Source: an uncultured delta proteobacterium
Lineage (GTDB): Bacteria > Desulfobacterota > Desulfobaccia > Desulfobaccales > 0-14-0-80-60-11
Direction: 5' to 3'
Length of the DNA stretch: 64,000 nt
Assembly (NCBI GenBank): GCA_963701845.1
Contig: CAVPBF010000004.1
Coordinates: 124,449-188,448, forward strand
A program made the position numbers and the translations under genes. Shown here piece by piece: positions 61,295 to 64,000 of this stretch (the first letter of the stretch is position 1; each line of letters begins with the position of its first letter). The notes beneath the pieces were generated by a model that saw nothing but the letters and a program-made list of their open reading frames with translations, was not told the origin of the DNA and did no database searches.

Positions 61295-61627
61295 CATTGC
61301 CACCCTGATGCCTAAGTACCTTCGAACAGGACGTAAAATACTGTTCAATAGATTTCATTTAACGCTTTTTAAAAATCAGGAAGCGTCAAATAAACAGACA
61401 AAAAATTATACAGCCATTGGCCACGACAGGGAGCCAGCAGGCCAAACGAAAACTGGGAGCGACCTTAAATCCCTAAAAACCACGAAGGAGAATCTGAAAA
61501 ATGAGGACTAACAACTTCGCGAAATCGGTGGGCTGGCACCTAAACCAGCGGGTGGGGGAAGCCGAACCACCTTAAACAAATCGGCGGAATGTTCAACAGG
61601 GTTGGAAGGTTTAGGGAGTGGTATGCC

Positions 61628-62572
61628 ATGAGAGGATCGCCAGTTTACCAAGTAACTCAAGTACTTAATTCTATTGCGGCTTTTGGGGAATCTAAGCATC
61701 AGGCCAAAGAGGCGGTCCGAGCAGCTGGTGCCAAGACCTGGCATGAGATGGGACAACACTTGGGAGTCTACAGCTTCAATACAATCAATTTATATCGCAG
61801 CATTTCGATAGAAGCATCACGATATGCGAAAGAAGCGTTTGTTATCAAAGATATTACAAAATTATCACCAGAAGTAGTGAGCGGGTTCCTTGAAGCAAAA
61901 ATCGCTGATGGCTTAAAATATGGCTCCTTCAAGACTTACTGTGCAGCACTCGAAAAATTGGCAGTGGCTCTAAAACTTTGGGCTCAGCAACACGAAACCG
62001 AATCAAACGATTACCACAATTATGACTGGTCGGCAGAGATTCAAGTGGCAAAAATAGAAGCAAAAGAAGTGCTTGATAGCATCGTTGAGACCAGGGCTTA
62101 TGAGGATCCGGAAGGATTAATAAAAGCAATATCTGATCCATCATATCATGTCGTTGCTTCAGCTCAATATAGCATTGGAGCCAGAATTTCTGAATTGGAC
62201 CATGTACGACAGGAACAGTTTTTAGGAGATGACCAATTTAAGATCATCAAAGGTAAAGGAGGCAAAGATAGGGTTGTCGAATTTCGGCATGGTAATGTTT
62301 ATGAGCAATATAGGCAAAAGGTAATTCATAACCTTAACCCACATTACGACAAATTTACGTTTAACCGGAACCAGTACCGGATGGCCCTAAAAGCAGCAGC
62401 CGACAAAACAGGGCAAGCGTACACAGGGAGTCATGGTTTACGGTGGAACTATGCTCAGGAACGTTTCCAAATGATTCAGCAAGGCGGTGGGACCTGGGAG
62501 GAAGCCTTAGTCCAAGTGGCGCATGAGATGGGCCACAGCAGGGGCGATATCACTCTACATTACCTCAGATAG
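61628..62572 (+). CDS. tyrosine recombinase/integrase (plasmid/ICE-type, divergent)
   Basis: GARISEL (Arg), IKGKGGKDR (Lys), SHGLRWNYA (H-x-x-R), HSRGDITLHYL (His/Tyr). Start chosen at MRGSPVYQ (61628) behind GGGAGTGG; the ORF-track start is 61589. Confidence 0.8.
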   Translation: MRGSPVYQVTQVLNSIAAFGESKHQAKEAVRAAGAKTWHEMGQHLGVYSFNTINLYRSISIEASRYAKEAFVIKDITKLSPEVVSGFLEAKIADGLKYGSFKTYCAALEKLAVALKLWAQQHETESNDYHNYDWSAEIQVAKIEAKEVLDSIVETRAYEDPEGLIKAISDPSYHVVASAQYSIGARISELDHVRQEQFLGDDQFKIIKGKGGKDRVVEFRHGNVYEQYRQKVIHNLNPHYDKFTFNRNQYRMALKAAADKTGQAYTGSHGLRWNYAQERFQMIQQGGGTWEEALVQVAHEMGHSRGDITLHYLR

Positions 62573-62583
62573 GAGAATCGTCA

Positions 62584-63093
62584 ATGTACCATTACGATCT
62601 CGAGCTGGTCAAAGCCATAACCAACACCACTGTGGAGGTCCGAGCGCAGCTGGCTCGATACTGGGGTCGCCAAGCGGAGCAGGTCCAGATAGAGGCCGTA
62701 AAGTTTGCCTTTGATATAGTCCGCCAAAGCGGCATTGAAGGCAAGGATAAGTTGCCAGAGGTATTTTATGCTTGTCTAATCAAAGCCTTGGGAAAAATGC
62801 ACCACTATGAAACGGCTAGAGCTGTAAAGAAAAAATCAGATTCCTCAGACTTTAGAGGGTTGAAGAAAATCAGCGAGATCAGGATCGAGAGATTAAAGGC
62901 CAGCAAGAAGGCCAAATCGAGTCCCAAGACCGCTAAGCTGGTCCTGCAATATGGCGGGTTGGTTACGCGGCTGCGGTCGGAGGGGTTCGGTTGGCGCCGA
63001 ATAGCCGAATATTTAAGGCGCTACAACCGACAGAAGGTCAGCCATCAGACACTGTATAACGCATTCAGGGGAACTGAGGATGAGAAAAAGTAA
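62584..63093 (+). CDS. 169-aa protein with a C-terminal resolvase/Hin-type HTH
   Basis: AGGAGAA RBS. C-terminal ..LRSEGFGWRRIAEYLRRYNRQKVSHQTLYNAF is a typical 3-helix HTH_7-like pattern. Lys-rich linker. Confidence 0.55.
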   Translation: MYHYDLELVKAITNTTVEVRAQLARYWGRQAEQVQIEAVKFAFDIVRQSGIEGKDKLPEVFYACLIKALGKMHHYETARAVKKKSDSSDFRGLKKISEIRIERLKASKKAKSSPKTAKLVLQYGGLVTRLRSEGFGWRRIAEYLRRYNRQKVSHQTLYNAFRGTEDEKK

Positions 63094-63224
63094 GCCTAAA
63101 TCTTTTGAGCGGTTTTGACCCAGCCAGGGCCACCCAAAACCTCAACCGCAAAGGGGCTCAATCCAACGGGCACTATTGACAGGCCTGAGTGTTGATCAAG
63201 CAATACTTCTGAAGGAGAATTAAA

Positions 63225-63875
63225 ATGATATCAGAAAAAACGGTAGAGCTGAATCTGACAATGGAGCTTATTAATTGGGCCTCTTGGAATACAAATAGAA
63301 CGCATTTTGCCCTCGCACCATCCCAAGGCCAAGAGGGTATATTGGGTTTTGATACTTCATTTCAAGCCCACGGTACAGGAATTTTAGTTCAATATAAGCG
63401 TCCAATTGTTTCAGGATCACGTTGGCAGTGGCATCTCAATCGGACAATACACTTACGATTACAGACCCTGGAAGGCTGGGAAATTCCAGTGGTTTACGCG
63501 TTCCTACTCTTCCACACACCTCTCGAAATTTGGAAAAATCGATGGAGTCTGCTCAAAACTACTTTTTGGTACCGTCCAAGCCAAATCAACCCTCCAGGTG
63601 GCTCAACGGGATTTCATGATGTCAACTATGACTCATCTACAGGGAGATGGTGGGCCACATCCGGGGAGGAGGATGTTGACCTGCCTTCACCAGCAGGTCC
63701 GAGGATCTTGATGGAATTATTGCTCTCAGAAAATAATAAAGGAAATCTTCACCAGCTTTTCGAAGCCTTTAATATAGTAATGACGAAGGATACTGAAAAA
63801 GTTACTTTGGTAGTAGAACCTAACGATTATCTTGAGGGATTGGTTCAAGGCATTTCTGCTATTATTCAATGTTAA
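63225..63875 (+). CDS. hypothetical 216-aa protein, possible PD-(D/E)xK nuclease fold
   Basis: AGGAGAA RBS. N-terminal SEKTVELNL...GFDTSFQAHGTGILVQYKR gives an E...D...(Q)xK arrangement reminiscent of restriction-endonuclease-like cores. The nuclease idea is speculative. Confidence 0.45.
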   Translation: MISEKTVELNLTMELINWASWNTNRTHFALAPSQGQEGILGFDTSFQAHGTGILVQYKRPIVSGSRWQWHLNRTIHLRLQTLEGWEIPVVYAFLLFHTPLEIWKNRWSLLKTTFWYRPSQINPPGGSTGFHDVNYDSSTGRWWATSGEEDVDLPSPAGPRILMELLLSENNKGNLHQLFEAFNIVMTKDTEKVTLVVEPNDYLEGLVQGISAIIQC

Positions 63876-64000
63876 ATATGATCGAATGGTGAATGGCGGT
63901 CTAATATAACTGTTAAAATGATTAGCTCGCATTATTCAGTGCGCCACGAAGGTGCGAGATGCCAGCGGAGGAAGGTTCCAACCGGATAATTGGCGGCGTT

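Larger units (their letters stand above)
60560..61300. ncRNA. candidate large structured non-coding RNA or cis-acting module (strand unresolved)
   Basis: No ORF of 60 aa or more in any frame across 60510-61268. More than 10 perfect local stems, including 60661-60679, 60737-60748, 60798-60815, 60828-60848, 60888-60902, 60988-61004, 61011-61034, 61173-61187, 61200-61225 and 61269-61294. Promoter and terminator signals on both strands. Confidence 0.4.
58250..64000. mobile_element. low-GC integrative/plasmid-like element (left edge approximate; runs off the window)
   Basis: Abrupt shift to AT-richer sequence after the RND stop. Two unrelated tyrosine recombinases, an HTH protein, orphan proteins and a long structured non-coding segment. 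All genes are co-oriented and several carry AGGAGAA RBSs. Confidence 0.55.

Noticed and set aside
60560-61300. Known housekeeping or large RNA identities for the structured segment (RNase P RNA, tmRNA, 6S RNA, group II intron, retron msr/msd, omega/bridge-type guide RNAs)
   Set aside because: I could not find the conserved RNase P GGAAAGTCCGG-type box, a tmRNA acceptor/tag region, or a domain V-like hairpin. There is no RT, IscB, TnpB or IS110-type gene adjacent. This rests on memory of motifs only and needs cmscan.
61269-61511. 80-aa plus-strand ORF (and the 83-aa minus-strand ORF at 61508..61759) inside or next to the non-coding segment
   Set aside because: Lys/Thr/Asn-rich junk-like translation with no RBS. 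They overlap predicted hairpin and terminator features, and the minus-strand ORF overlaps the integrase start.
58802-62572. An integron (IntI plus attI and cassettes)
   Set aside because: Neither recombinase shows the IntI-specific extra domain or motifs. No attC-like imperfect palindromes repeat at cassette spacing.
1-64000. CRISPR arrays, rRNA genes, or classical IS transposases
   Set aside because: No regularly spaced direct repeats, no rRNA-like conserved stretches, and no DDE/HUH transposase-like ORFs were seen on either strand.

Overview
The window reads as anaerobe-type, Desulfobacterota/deltaproteobacterium-like chromosome; that taxonomic guess is inference from gene content only. 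The GC-rich core is broken by several visibly AT-richer accessory blocks.

Core content, in order:
- an anSME plus Cys-type arylsulfatase pair
- a MoxR/VWA pair
- a PilZ gene and paaK
- a DevBCA-like ABC exporter with a TolC-like gene
- chrA and a Crp/Fnr regulator
- an MMPL/RND exporter beside a PAS-sigma-54 activator
- a YidE/YbjL transporter
- a central-carbon/glycogen block: pckA, fba, glgP, glgX, pfk, pyk, a Pat-like ACS-GNAT gene, ferredoxin and AOR
- a DAC-like nucleotide cyclase, then MCE and PqiC-like genes
- a second TolC-MFP-RND efflux operon

Accessory content:
- a tyrosine integrase next to a tRNA 3'-end remnant (4.4-5.8 kb)
- a decayed island downstream of tRNA-Ser(UGA), carrying an AlbA_2/HATPase_c_4 protein and a divergent ThyA-like protein (11.2-15.7 kb)
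- a 2.2-kb element with two tandem tyrosine recombinases, 14-bp terminal inverted repeats and a 7-bp flanking direct repeat (22570-24782)
- a low-GC integrative-element-like block from about 58.25 kb to the window end

The last block holds two unrelated tyrosine recombinases, an internally duplicated 349-aa protein, an HTH protein, a possible PD-(D/E)xK protein, and a 1.1-kb ORF-free, hairpin-dense segment with its own promoter and terminator signals. I rank that segment as the best candidate for something undescribed, either a large structured ncRNA or a cis-acting module.

A second sequence-supported result concerns sigma-54. Three promoters share the core TTGGCATT-N4-TTGCA, and two of them are mirrored around the activator gene with a shared 36-bp upstream element.

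Caveat: at least 15 genes carry indel-type frame disruptions, and several of the sites I could resolve lie in homopolymer runs. Sequencing or assembly error is therefore a serious alternative to real pseudogenes. All function calls rest on motif and family recognition by eye; no searches were run.
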